From assembly GCA_963820825.1 (NCBI GenBank), contig CAWGBN010000006.1, positions 608,001 through 672,000 of the forward strand: 64,000 bases of DNA, read 5' to 3'. Made by a program: the position numbers and the translations under genes. The notes under the pieces were generated by a model, which had not been told where the DNA came from, searched no databases, and saw nothing but the letters and a program-made list of their open reading frames with translations. This document shows positions 20,009 through 29,929 of this stretch, in pieces. This DNA comes from Vulcanimicrobiota bacterium (GTDB lineage Bacteria > Vulcanimicrobiota > Vulcanimicrobiia > Vulcanimicrobiales > Vulcanimicrobiaceae). The stretch's first letter is position 1. Each line of letters opens with the position of its first letter.

Positions 20009-21562
20009 AGCTAAGTACGAAAGTCAACCCCACTAGTAGGCATAACGATGCCCGTCGACAGCAAAGCCGAGCTTGCACACCCTTGCCGAGATGCCCCTCG
20101 ACGACGCAATAGCTCCAACCATGATGACACAAGGTCTCGGAAACGAGCCTTCACCGAGCTCAAAACGGAGTTTGCTGCCGATCGGGAGATCCGAGCATTA
20201 TCTACGAGGTCGTAGTCGCCTCAACGGCCCAGCGAAGGGATTCTCCCGTCGTGCACCGCCGCTTCGAAATAGTGGCGGTACTCTTTTCCAGATTTGATCA
20301 AGCCGTAAGCGACGCGCGCAATCTTCGCTGCTACGGCGACATACGCTCTTCTTTTGAGATCGGCATCCAGTGGATCGCGACGAACGTAGTCGTCGTACTT
20401 TTCCCGAAACGAGTTTCGGCGCTGATTGATGGCAGCATTGGCTGCATCCAGAAGGCCCATCGCAGTCGAGCATTGCCGCGTTTGGAGAGCTGCGGTCGGC
20501 CGCGTGACGTTCCGGATTGCATCGTCGACAAAGAAAGGCCACAGTAGTTAAGAAATTTGCGATGGTGGCTGAAGCGGCGTAAATCTCCGCCTTCAGCGAG
20601 AACCGTTAGAGCAACAATAGGGCCGATTCCAGGGATAGAGCGCAGGCGCTGATAATCGATGTTGTTCTCGAGTTGTGCGTCAATGAGCTCCTGAAGCTGC
20701 CGTCGAAGCTTCATGAGGCCGATGTACTGCTCAATCGCGAGTTGGAACATCTGGGCGGCCTGCGAATCCGCCGCCACTGGAATTCCCACGCTTTCCTTGG
20801 CAATTTCGTAGTAGCTGGCGACGAGACTTTGCCGAGATGTGAAGATGCCCTCCGCTGCAGTAAACCTTTTGACGAATGTCCTTTTGGTATATTGAAGGAC
20901 CGTGGAAGGGCATGGCGCTATGCGCATGACCTCCAAGAACCACTCGCCGCGCGGATTGCTCAGGAAGGGCTCTGCTTCCGGGAAGTACAGCGGCGATTTC
21001 TGAGTCATCAGCGAATGGTAGGCTCGCGTCTTTCGGTCGGTGATCTGCCGATAGGTACCCGGCACTTTGCTGAAGATCTTGGTTGCCACGTTGCAGTGGA
21101 TCGGCGAACGCCTGCGTTGTACCGCTCTTGAGCAAATGCAGAATCACCTGCGCATCCTTCGGATCGTTTTTATCCCACGAGTTGAACAGCGCTTCTCTCG
21201 TCCGATTTGTAGCGATCGACGATACGAAATGAACGCGGTGGCCTCGCCGGAGCAGAAGTTCGCCAGGGGTCGGTGATAGTCTCCGGTTGGTTCCAGCGCG
21301 ACCTCGCAGGGAAGATGCGGCGCCAGAATCCCTGCCAACTCGTCGAAACCTTCTTGCGTGTTTGGAACTGTCAAACGCCGGCAACCCAGGCCTCGTCCTC
21401 CAGCAGCGCCACGTGTCGGTTTTTGGCGACGTCGATTGCGAGCCAGGCGGGCGTCGTTGGAGCAGCACGGAACTTTGCCATAGGGTCGTTGCCTCCAGCG
21501 GAGATGAGTCAGATACACCTCCGTTCGCCATGGGGGCAGCGCCCCGTCTTGTATGTATCACG
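20006..21562 (-). mobile_element. IS110-family element, copy B (transposase frameshifted)
   Basis: Near-identical to copy A, bounded by ACG cores (20006-08, 21560-62). Several indels break the ORF; the 3' non-coding end is unchanged. Confidence 0.95.
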
Positions 21563-21877
21563 GTCCGGAAAACGTCGCCGGCGCGATGCTGCAGTGGTCG
21601 ATCGATCACAATGTTCTGCTGCACTTCATTGATCCGGGAAACCCGCACAGAACGCCTGGATCGAGTCCTTCAACGCTCGCGTGCGCGACGAGTTCCTCAA
21701 CGTGCAAGTCTTCAGGACTCTCCTGCAGATCCGCGAAGAGGCCGATGCATGGCTCGTGGATTACAACGAGGTTCGGCCGCACTCGTCGCTAAACTATCTT
21801 ACGCCCAAGGAGTTCATCAAAACTTTTCTACACCAATCCCACAATCGCCGGTGGACTAAGAAATGGGCTCAAACCCC
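21563..21877 (+). pseudogene. IS3 #3 OrfB C-terminal part
   Basis: GPEN...FIDPG(K)PAQNAWIESFN...YNEVRPHSSL, with a 1-bp deletion near 21638. Confidence 0.85.
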
Positions 21878-22273
21878 CGCTAAATGTAGGTTTGCCGGAA
21901 CGCAACTAGCGCGGATCGCCAACACCGCGGCATCGAGTTCGCCGAGCCGCACTATTCCTGCGTAGTGGACGTGCCCGGGATCAGACATCAGAAGGACGCG
22001 CGGATGCGGATCGTTTGCTACGACGTGTTTGTTGGTCAGTAGAAAGCCGTAACCACGCTGTGACTCGATGCAAAATGCGGTACCAAAGCCAAAGCGCTTT
22101 CCCACCCCTGCCGCAACTAGCGCCAGAGATGGTTTGATCTGCGCGTAGGTCGAAACGTCATCAGCGAGCGCCGCGTCGTGCATAACGAGTGCAGTCAGTA
22201 TCGCGGAGAGCGCCGATAGCCGTCGAAAACTCATACCCTGCCGGAAAGGCGTTGGTGCGTTGCTATGGGGCAT
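21878..22273 (-). pseudogene. Trypsin-like serine protease, N-terminal half, interrupted by IS3 #3
   Basis: Signal peptide, GTAF, LLTNKHVV (His) and DAAVL (Asp). The catalytic Ser region is missing. Confidence 0.75.
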
Positions 22274-22296
22274 CGTATCACTCGTTTAGCGAACGT

Positions 22297-23880
22297 TCAA
22301 TGGTCCGCGTCGGGCGGGCCGTAACCGCCGCCGCCCGGGGTCTGAATCGTTAGCACGTCCCCCGGTTCGAACTCGAAGGTCGTCTTTGCCGGCAGCGGCG
22401 TCTCGACTCCGTCGCGCGTCAGCGAGTGCCGGCCGCACGCGCCGGAGCCGCCGCCTTGCGCGCCGGGCGCGCCGCGCACGTGACGATCGGCGAGCAGCGT
22501 GGCACGAGCCGAAGCTTCGACGAGCTCGATCGAGCGAATCAAACCGTTGCCGCCACGGTAACGTCCCGCACCGCCCGTGCCATCGGCGATTTCGTAGCGC
22601 ACGACGCGCAGCGGGTACTCCCGCTCGATCGCTTCGATCGGCGTGTTGAGCGTATTGGTCATGTGGCAGTGAATCGCGTCGATCCCGTCGCTGGTCGGTC
22701 GCGCTCCCATTCCGCAGCCGTTGGTCTCGTAAAAGGCCCAGGTCGCGCCATCGCCGCGCGTTCCGCCGAGCATGACGTTGCTCATCGTTCCGCCGCTGCT
22801 CGCCGGAACGCGATGCGGTACCGCACGGGCGAGCGCCTGCAGGACGACGTCGGCGTTGCGCATGCTCGTCTCGACGTTTCCGCCTGAGACCGGGGCGGGG
22901 CGTCGCGGATTGAGCAGCGATCCTTCGGGCGCGTAGACCTCGACCGGACGAAAGCAGCCGTCGTTCATCGGAATCGTCGGATCGGTGACCGCGCGCAGCG
23001 CGTAGTGCACGCCCGAGAGCGTAACGCCGAAGACCGCATTGAGCGGTGAGGCAAGCTGCGCGCTCGTACCGGTATAGTCGAGACGCGCGCGTCCATCGTG
23101 CAGCTCGAGCCGCACCGCAATGCGAATGCTCGGAACGCCGTCGTCGTCTTCGAGGTAATCTTCGGCGAGGAAGACGCCGTCGCCGATCGAGCGCAACGCG
23201 GCACGCATGCGCAGTTCGCTTTCGTCGAGTATTCGCGCCGTCGACGCTTCGAGCATCTCGGTTCCGTAACGCTCGCAGAGTTCGAGCAGACGCCGCTCGC
23301 CGGTATAGTTGCCGGCGACCTGCGCGCGCAGATCGCCGCTGCGCGCGTCGGGCGTTCGCGAGTTCGCGCGGAAAAGCCCGACGGTTTCGCCGAGAACGCG
23401 ATTCTCTCGAACGAGGCGCAGCGGTGCGACGACGAATCCTTCCGCGAAGAGATCGGCAGCTTGCGCCGGCATCGAGCCGGGCACCGAGCCTCCGACGTCG
23501 GCATGATGCGCTTTATTTGCGGCATAACCGATGAGGCTGCCGCGGTGAAAGACGGGGCGCACGAGCGTGACGTCGTTGAGGTGCGTGCCGGCGATATAGG
23601 GATCGTTGGCAACCCACATCTCGCCCTCGCGCACTCCGCCGTACTCGCGCTCGACGATCTCCAACATTCGCTGCAGACCCCACGGCAGCGAGCCGAGGTG
23701 CACCGGAATGTGCTCCGCCTGCGCGATCAATCGTCCGAAGCGGTCGAAGAGCGCGCACGAATGATCGAGCCGCTCCTTGATATTCGGCGAATACGCGGCG
23801 TTGCGCACCGCAATGCCCATCTCTTCGGCCGCGTAGACGAGCGCGTTCTTGATCACCTCGCTCGTGATCGGATCGGTCAC
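22297..23880 (-). CDS. Hydantoinase B / 5-oxoprolinase family subunit
   Basis: SPNIKERLDHSCA, HIPVHLG, NDPY..GTHLND, HHADVGG and TPGGGGYG. GTG start at 23880. Confidence 0.93.
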   Translation of the reverse strand: MTDPITSEVIKNALVYAAEEMGIAVRNAAYSPNIKERLDHSCALFDRFGRLIAQAEHIPVHLGSLPWGLQRMLEIVEREYGGVREGEMWVANDPYIAGTHLNDVTLVRPVFHRGSLIGYAANKAHHADVGGSVPGSMPAQAADLFAEGFVVAPLRLVRENRVLGETVGLFRANSRTPDARSGDLRAQVAGNYTGERRLLELCERYGTEMLEASTARILDESELRMRAALRSIGDGVFLAEDYLEDDDGVPSIRIAVRLELHDGRARLDYTGTSAQLASPLNAVFGVTLSGVHYALRAVTDPTIPMNDGCFRPVEVYAPEGSLLNPRRPAPVSGGNVETSMRNADVVLQALARAVPHRVPASSGGTMSNVMLGGTRGDGATWAFYETNGCGMGARPTSDGIDAIHCHMTNTLNTPIEAIEREYPLRVVRYEIADGTGGAGRYRGGNGLIRSIELVEASARATLLADRHVRGAPGAQGGGSGACGRHSLTRDGVETPLPAKTTFEFEPGDVLTIQTPGGGGYGPPDADH

Positions 23881-25970
23881 CGTGCTCCTCGTTGCAGCGC
23901 CAAGAGATCGCCGTCGACACTCAGCTCCCATCCCGGCGCGACGTAGGTGGTGCTGTCGTACGCTTCGACGATCGCCGGTCCGTCGATCCTGATCTGTGCC
24001 GCCAAGTCGGTACGCGCAAAGACCGGTGCCTCGACGAACGCGCCGGCGATCCATAGCTTTCGTCGCACCGGCTGCTCGCGTTCGGCGGGATCGCGTTCGC
24101 GGGAGACGCCGCGCAACGGCGCCTCGTCGTTTGATGCGACTTGCCCGTTCGCGGTCGACCGCGCACCGACGATCTCGACGCGCTCGCGGGGCGCGTCGTA
24201 TCCGTAGCGGGCGCGATGCGCGGCATGAAAGCGGCGTTCGACCTCGGCCGGTTCCCGGTCGTAGGCGATCGTCAGCTCGAAGCTCTGCCCGCGATAGCGC
24301 GCGTCGTACTCGCGGCGAAAGGCGATCGTCGACGGCACCGCGCCCTGCTGCTCGAGCGAACGCTGCGCGCGCGTCTCGCAATCGCCAAAGGCTCGTTCCA
24401 CCGCGGCGGCGTCGATTTCGTCCGCGGCGGCGAGCACCGAGCGGACCTCGCTGGTTCCGAGCTGCGCGTTCAACAACCCGCAGGCGGAAAAGATCCCCGG
24501 ATGCGCCGGGACGATCGCGCGCTCGATTCCGAGCTCTTCGGCGAGCGCGCAGACGTGGAGCGGACCGCCGCCGCCAAAGGCCACCAGCGTGAAGTCGCGC
24601 GGATCTAAGCCGCGTTCGATCGTTACGATTCGCAGTACTCTCGCCATCGCGTCGTCGACGAGTCGCACGATGCCCGCAGCCGTCTCTTCGACGCTCATTG
24701 CCAGCGTCTGCGCCAACACTTCGATCGCGCGACGCGAGCGCGACCCGTCGATCGCGAATGCGCCGCCGAGGAGATGCTTCGGATTGAGCCGGCCGAGGAC
24801 GAGATTCGCATCGGTAACCGTCGCGCGCTCGGACTCTCCATAGCAGGCCGGTCCCGGGTCGGCGCCCGCCGAGAGAGGACCGACGCGCAGCGCACCGCCC
24901 TCGTCAATCCACGCGATCGTGCCGCCGCCGGCGCTGACCTCCGCCAGATCGACGAACGGAAAGCGTACCGGATAGCCGCTGCCCTTGACCGCGCGCCCAC
25001 TATGCGTTCTTCCGGCGGCTTCGAACTCGGCGGCGACTTGCGCGACACCGTCGACGATCGCGCCGGCCTTGGCCGTCGTGCCGCCCATGTCGAACGAGAG
25101 CAGCCGGTTCGCGCCGAGACGCGATCCCAGCGCGGCCGCCGCAATCGCACCGCTCGCCGGACCGCTCTCTACGATCGCGGCGGGCCGGTCGATAATTTGC
25201 GGCGCGGCGGCCATCGCACCGTCGCTGCGCATGACGTAGAGCGGCGCAACGATTCGGCGCTCGCGCAGTTCGAGCGTGAGTTGCTCGAGGTAACGTTCGA
25301 CGATCGGCGCGAGCACCGCGTTGACGATCGTCGTCGACGTGCGTTCGTACTCGCGATACTCCGGGTCGACCTCCGACGAGCGGGTCACCCGCAGGCCGGG
25401 GATCGCAGCGAGCGCTTGCGCGAGGCGCCGTTCGTGCGTATCGTTGACGTACGCGTGCAGCAGGCAGATCGCGACCGCGGCAACGTCGCGACGGGCAACC
25501 TCTTGGCAGAGGCCGGCGATCGCGGCGTCGTCGAGTGGAACGAGGATCTCGCCGCGATAGTCGATTCGTTCGCGAACGGTCAGGCGGTCGGCGCGGGCGA
25601 CCAGCGGGCGCGGGCGTTCGACAAAGAGGTTATAGACTTCGCTGCGGTTCTGGCGACCGATCTCGATGACGTCGCGGAAACCGTGCGTCGTGACGAGGGC
25701 GACGCGCGGGAGCTCGAGTCCGATCTGTCCGAGCAGCGCATTGGTGGCAATCGTCGTGGCATGACCGAGAAACTCGATCGCCGGCGGCGATTCGTAGCGA
25801 GCCGTCAGCGCGGCGAGGGCGTCGATGACGGCGCGGTGCGGCTCCCGCGGCGTGCTCGCCACCTTTTGCACGACGAGCCTTCCGCTCCACGATTCAAGCG
25901 CGGCGAGGTCGGTGAAGGTCCCACCGACGTCGATTCCCACGCGTAAAGCGCGCCGCTCCATGGCCGTCAC
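23877..25970 (-). CDS. Hydantoinase A / 5-oxoprolinase family subunit
   Basis: GIDVGGTFTD, TTIATNALL, ESGPASG, DMGGTT and SAGADPGPACY. Confidence 0.93.
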   Translation of the reverse strand: MTAMERRALRVGIDVGGTFTDLAALESWSGRLVVQKVASTPREPHRAVIDALAALTARYESPPAIEFLGHATTIATNALLGQIGLELPRVALVTTHGFRDVIEIGRQNRSEVYNLFVERPRPLVARADRLTVRERIDYRGEILVPLDDAAIAGLCQEVARRDVAAVAICLLHAYVNDTHERRLAQALAAIPGLRVTRSSEVDPEYREYERTSTTIVNAVLAPIVERYLEQLTLELRERRIVAPLYVMRSDGAMAAAPQIIDRPAAIVESGPASGAIAAAALGSRLGANRLLSFDMGGTTAKAGAIVDGVAQVAAEFEAAGRTHSGRAVKGSGYPVRFPFVDLAEVSAGGGTIAWIDEGGALRVGPLSAGADPGPACYGESERATVTDANLVLGRLNPKHLLGGAFAIDGSRSRRAIEVLAQTLAMSVEETAAGIVRLVDDAMARVLRIVTIERGLDPRDFTLVAFGGGGPLHVCALAEELGIERAIVPAHPGIFSACGLLNAQLGTSEVRSVLAAADEIDAAAVERAFGDCETRAQRSLEQQGAVPSTIAFRREYDARYRGQSFELTIAYDREPAEVERRFHAAHRARYGYDAPRERVEIVGARSTANGQVASNDEAPLRGVSRERDPAEREQPVRRKLWIAGAFVEAPVFARTDLAAQIRIDGPAIVEAYDSTTYVAPGWELSVDGDLLALQRGAR

Positions 25971-26000
25971 TTCGACGGCGCGCGTACATCTGCTTGGTGG

Positions 26001-26411
26001 TTAGAACGTTACGCTATAGGTGCCGTTATTCGGGTTGCAGTTCGAGCCCCGCCGCATATCCATACGGAAATGGGCCGTCGTGCTGCCGTTTCCGGCCTGA
26101 TTCGATCGCGTCCAATCGTAGCCGAAGGTATAGGATTGTCCCGGCGCAAGCGGCGGAATGCCGCGATCGTCATGCTTGACTTGATCGACGTAGACGTCGA
26201 CGAACTGCAGAGTGTCCGACGGTTGCCGCTGACTTCCAAGATTGGTCACCGTGCCGGTTATGTGGTAGATGCTGACCGAACCATTGCTGGTAACGTTTTT
26301 GACGACGACCGAGGTGATCGCGGGATTCGCTCCCGTACAAGTTCCTGCCCGCGTTGCCGTCGGCAAAAGCGCGCATAGGACGAGAGCGATCGACGAGGAA
26401 CGAACGATCAC
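26001..26411 (-). CDS. Secreted CARDB/Ig-like small protein (paralog 3)
   Basis: Signal peptide; TCxGANP, TVTNLG, RGIPPLAPG and a terminal Cys. Confidence 0.75.
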   Translation of the reverse strand: MIVRSSSIALVLCALLPTATRAGTCTGANPAITSVVVKNVTSNGSVSIYHITGTVTNLGSQRQPSDTLQFVDVYVDQVKHDDRGIPPLAPGQSYTFGYDWTRSNQAGNGSTTAHFRMDMRRGSNCNPNNGTYSVTF

Positions 26412-26427
26412 GAGGAGCTCCTTTCCG

Positions 26428-26843
26428 TTACACCGTAATGCCGGCGCTTGCTTTTCTCGCCGCGCAACCGCTCGACGCCGACGCCGTTACCGGTCGTACG
26501 CGAAAGTCGAGCGGCGACGTTAAGGTGCCCGCATCGGCCGAGCGTGGCCAGATGTAATCGATGGTGTAAGATGCTCCGGCGGCGAGCGGAGGTATACCGT
26601 GGTCGTCGAGACGCCCACCGTATTGCACGACGTCGATGAACTGCAACGCGTCTCCCGGCTGGGATGCGCTTCCAGGTTCGTTACGGTCGCCGTAACGTGA
26701 TACAAATTCAGGTGTGCGGTGTGGTGAACCGTGCGAAGAGCCACGGACGTAACGGCCGGACTCGCTCCATCACACATCCCGGCGGGGGCGCTAACCGGCG
26801 CCGCCGCTAACGTGAGCGCCAGCGCAACCGCAATTCGATTCAT
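26428..26843 (-). pseudogene. Secreted CARDB/Ig-like protein (paralog 2), 1-bp frameshift at ~26673
   Basis: Restoring one G gives TVTNLGSASQPGDALQFIDV..GIPPLAAG. Confidence 0.75.
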
Positions 26844-26901
26844 CGGCGACCTCCCTCAAAGCCCGAGTTTTGGTTTCGCCCCTATACCCGGCGCGCGCGC
26901 C

Positions 26902-27309
26902 CTAAAACGTCAGGTTGTAGTCGGCATTGCCCGGATTGCAGTTCTCGCCTTGCTGGAGGACGATCCGGAAGAGCAACGTCGTCGAGCCGCTCGCCGAATC
27001 GACCGAGCGCGGCCAGTCGTACGTAAAGGTGTGGGTTCCTCCGGCCGGCAGCGGCGGCACGCCACGCGAATCGAGTTTCTGTCCGTCGTACATGATGTCG
27101 ACGGATTGCAGAACGTTCGCGGGCTGGCCCGACCCGCCCAGATTCGTCACGGTCCCGACCAGGTGATAATGATTCAGCCGTCCGTCGCTCGTGTGGGATT
27201 TTACGACGACCGAGGTGACCGCGGGATTCGCTCCCGCGCAGGTTGCTGCAGCCGCGGCGGCGGGCGCCAGCGCGACGATAAGAAGAGCGGAGATGAGCGT
27301 TCGAAGCAC
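26902..27309 (-). CDS. Secreted CARDB/Ig-like small protein (paralog 1)
   Basis: Same motifs as paralog 3; AGGAG RBS. Confidence 0.75.
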   Translation of the reverse strand: MLRTLISALLIVALAPAAAAAATCAGANPAVTSVVVKSHTSDGRLNHYHLVGTVTNLGGSGQPANVLQSVDIMYDGQKLDSRGVPPLPAGGTHTFTYDWPRSVDSASGSTTLLFRIVLQQGENCNPGNADYNLTF

Positions 27310-27361
27310 CTTGGAGCTCCTTTTGGCCGCTAGACTGTAGTGCTAGCGCTGCCTTGCCCGA

Positions 27362-29167
27362 TTATACCCCCGGCGGCGGCGAGGTGAAACCAACCGAGGC
27401 ACCCGCGATGCGTTCGCGCAGCGTTGCGAGTTCGCGCGCCTGGCGCTCCGCGATCTTCCGCCAGCGTCCGGCGTCGCGTTCCACCCGCGCCGTCTCCAAG
27501 TGATCGAAAGCAACCCCGGCGGCGACGCCCATCGCCTCGAGCGAGGCCGCCTCATCGGGATCGATGTCCTCGCCGTTGGTATGCGCGCCGTAAACGACGA
27601 TCGCGTCGAGCCGCGCGCGCACGAAGATCGGCACGGCGAGCGCGGGATCGCCATCGTGCAATCGCAGGCTATGGCGGCGGCCTTGAAGCTCCAGTTGGAT
27701 GCCCCGCTCGAGCGGCGTTCCGTTGCGGAGAAAGTCTCCCGACGGCTCGCGCGTGAAGAGCTCGGCCGAAACGAGCGCAAAGGCCTGGATCGGCTCGGTG
27801 AGCAGCGCGGTCTCCACGGCGTCGCGGCTTTCGGCATAGGGAAGCCCCGCGGTAATCGCGGCGATTCGGCGTTCGGCCAGACGACGCCGGCGAAAGAGCG
27901 TGCGTTCGACGATGTCTTCGGCGCGGCGATAGAGCGCGTCGAGCGAAAACGCGACGCCGATTGCGGCGAGCGCAACCAACGCGATCGCAACGCCGCTCTG
28001 CTCGAGGACGTGTCCGGCAAACCATTCGATCAAGGCGAAAATACCGAAGACGATCGCGCTCACGCTCGTATAGACGAGCGTGCGGCTAACGACGAACGAG
28101 ATATCGAAGACGCGCTGCCGGACGACGGCGTACGCGATCGCAAACGGCGCGCAGGCATAGAGCACGGCCATCGCCCACACCAAGGCATCGGCACTCGCCA
28201 GCCAGTACGCGTCCGGCCAATACCGCGCCCAACTCGACGCGTAGCTCAAGAGCGTCAGCAGCACGCCGCCCAAGGCCCACTGGAATCGTTGACGCTGCGA
28301 GGGCGCCGCGATGAAGTAGCCCGCGAAGAGGGCTGCGCTGCCGACGATGATCAGTGCGAGCGCTCCGAAGACCGAGCCGTAGGTCATCCACGCCGCCGGA
28401 CTCTCGCCGGCGAAGAGCGAGCGAACATCCCACGCAAGGTTCGGTATGGCGAGCAGCGCGCCGACCGGGAGCGCCAGCCGGTCGATCCAGATGCGCCATC
28501 CCGTCGGGCGATCGTCGGGGAAACGTGCGGCGAAGATGAGCAGACCGATCGGTCCGGCGACGTCGAGCAGATCGGATCCGAGCTGAGCGAAGGGAAAGAG
28601 ATAATCCGGAAAACGATAGAGTGAGACGTCCGTCGCGGAGATGAGATAGAAGAAGAGCCCCAGCGTCATGCGGTTCGGCCGCCGCAGTAGAATGATCACT
28701 GCGATCGCGATGTAGGCAAAGCCGGCCAGGCGTATGAACGGCGCGATCGGCGAGGAGATCGCGTGAAGCGAAGCCGGGCCGCCGAGCAGCGCCGCGCGCA
28801 GCGTCACGGCGCGCGAACTCGTTGCGGCGCGGGCGCGCTCCGCCGGCGCAACCGTGAGATGTACGGGTTCGCCGGGGAGTGCCGGTTGATAGAGCAATCC
28901 GACGATGCGGTCGTGCACCTTTGATTCCGTAAAATCGAGATAGTCGCCGGCGCTGATGCCGGCACGCGCCGCCGGCGTCTCGGGATCGACCGCCGCAACT
29001 TCGAAGCCCTTGGTGTAGATCAGCCGGTAGCCGAGCGTGGTCTGCGGCGTAAAGAGCGCAACGGCGGCCGCAACGTTGAGCGCGAGCGCAACGCTTGCCG
29101 CGAGGAGCGCCGCAAAGCGCTCCCACGAACGCAAAGGATGGCTGCGCTCAACGATCTCCGGCCGCAT
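27362..29167 (-). CDS. PDZ-domain multi-pass membrane protein with C-terminal GAF-like domain
   Basis: VDPETPAARAGISAGD (PDZ), about 9 TM segments and a GAF-like AVPIF..YGAH tail. Confidence 0.7.
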   Translation of the reverse strand: MRPEIVERSHPLRSWERFAALLAASVALALNVAAAVALFTPQTTLGYRLIYTKGFEVAAVDPETPAARAGISAGDYLDFTESKVHDRIVGLLYQPALPGEPVHLTVAPAERARAATSSRAVTLRAALLGGPASLHAISSPIAPFIRLAGFAYIAIAVIILLRRPNRMTLGLFFYLISATDVSLYRFPDYLFPFAQLGSDLLDVAGPIGLLIFAARFPDDRPTGWRIWIDRLALPVGALLAIPNLAWDVRSLFAGESPAAWMTYGSVFGALALIIVGSAALFAGYFIAAPSQRQRFQWALGGVLLTLLSYASSWARYWPDAYWLASADALVWAMAVLYACAPFAIAYAVVRQRVFDISFVVSRTLVYTSVSAIVFGIFALIEWFAGHVLEQSGVAIALVALAAIGVAFSLDALYRRAEDIVERTLFRRRRLAERRIAAITAGLPYAESRDAVETALLTEPIQAFALVSAELFTREPSGDFLRNGTPLERGIQLELQGRRHSLRLHDGDPALAVPIFVRARLDAIVVYGAHTNGEDIDPDEAASLEAMGVAAGVAFDHLETARVERDAGRWRKIAERQARELATLRERIAGASVGFTSPPPGV

Positions 29168-29266
29168 CCGAGGCGATTCTTCGAGGTCGCGGGTAGGCCC
29201 CTTGAGTGCAACCCGCGTACCCACGGAGCCGCTCTAAGGCGTACACACACGGGTAAGGAGAGGGAT

Positions 29267-29929
29267 ATGAAGATCGGTATTATTGGTGCGGGCAACATCG
29301 GCGGAACGCTCACGCGGCGCTTTCGCGCGCTCGGTCACGAGGTATATGTGGCGAATTCGCGCGGCCCCGAGACGCTCGCCGATTTGGCGGCGGAGACGGG
29401 CGCGACGGCGGTAACGGCGCAGGAGGCGGCAGGGCGCGGTGAGGTGGTCGTGGTCACGATCCCGGAGGGCAAGATCCCGGAACTGCCGCGCGACCTCTTC
29501 GCAGATGCGGCGCCCGGCGTCGTCGTGGTCGATACGGGGAACTACTATCCGCAACGTGACGGCCGCATCGATGCAATTGAAGCCGGAATGCCGGAGAGCC
29601 GCTGGGTCGAGAGTCTACTCGGACGCCCCGTTATCAAGGCCTTCAACAACATTTACGCACGGCATCTCCTCGAGCGCGGAAAACCGAAAGGAACGCCCGG
29701 TCGAATCGCCTTGCCGGTCGCCGGTGACGACCCGCCGGCCAAAGCGACCGTGATGCAGCTCGTCGACGAGCTCGGATTCGATCCGGTCGACGCCGGCGGA
29801 CTCGACGAATCGTGGCGCCAGCAGCCGGGTAAACCGGTCTACGCCGACGACTTCGATGCCGGCGGCGTACGCCGCGCGCTTGCGCAAGCGCGCAACGAGC
29901 GGACGCCCGAGTGGCGGGCCGCAGTATGA
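29267..29929 (+). CDS. NADPH-dependent F420 reductase-like oxidoreductase
   Basis: GIIGAGNIG, NSRGPE, DTGNYYP and KAFNNI. Confidence 0.9.
   Translation: MKIGIIGAGNIGGTLTRRFRALGHEVYVANSRGPETLADLAAETGATAVTAQEAAGRGEVVVVTIPEGKIPELPRDLFADAAPGVVVVDTGNYYPQRDGRIDAIEAGMPESRWVESLLGRPVIKAFNNIYARHLLERGKPKGTPGRIALPVAGDDPPAKATVMQLVDELGFDPVDAGGLDESWRQQPGKPVYADDFDAGGVRRALAQARNERTPEWRAAV

Larger units (their letters stand above)
19124..21877 (+). mobile_element. IS3-family element #3 interrupted by IS110 copy B
   Basis: IRs GGGGTTTGAGCCC..TAGTCCA at both ends with a 3-bp direct repeat CGC (19121-23, 21878-80). orfA 19199-19492, A6C slippery site, orfB split at V-D-N|G-P-E-N. Confidence 0.93.

Noticed and set aside
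20009..20112. Shared C-terminal peptide ELSTKVNPTSRHNDARRQQ... on two IS3 OrfBs as a novel domain
   Set aside because: It is read-through into the antisense IS110 end, an artefact of identical insertion sites.
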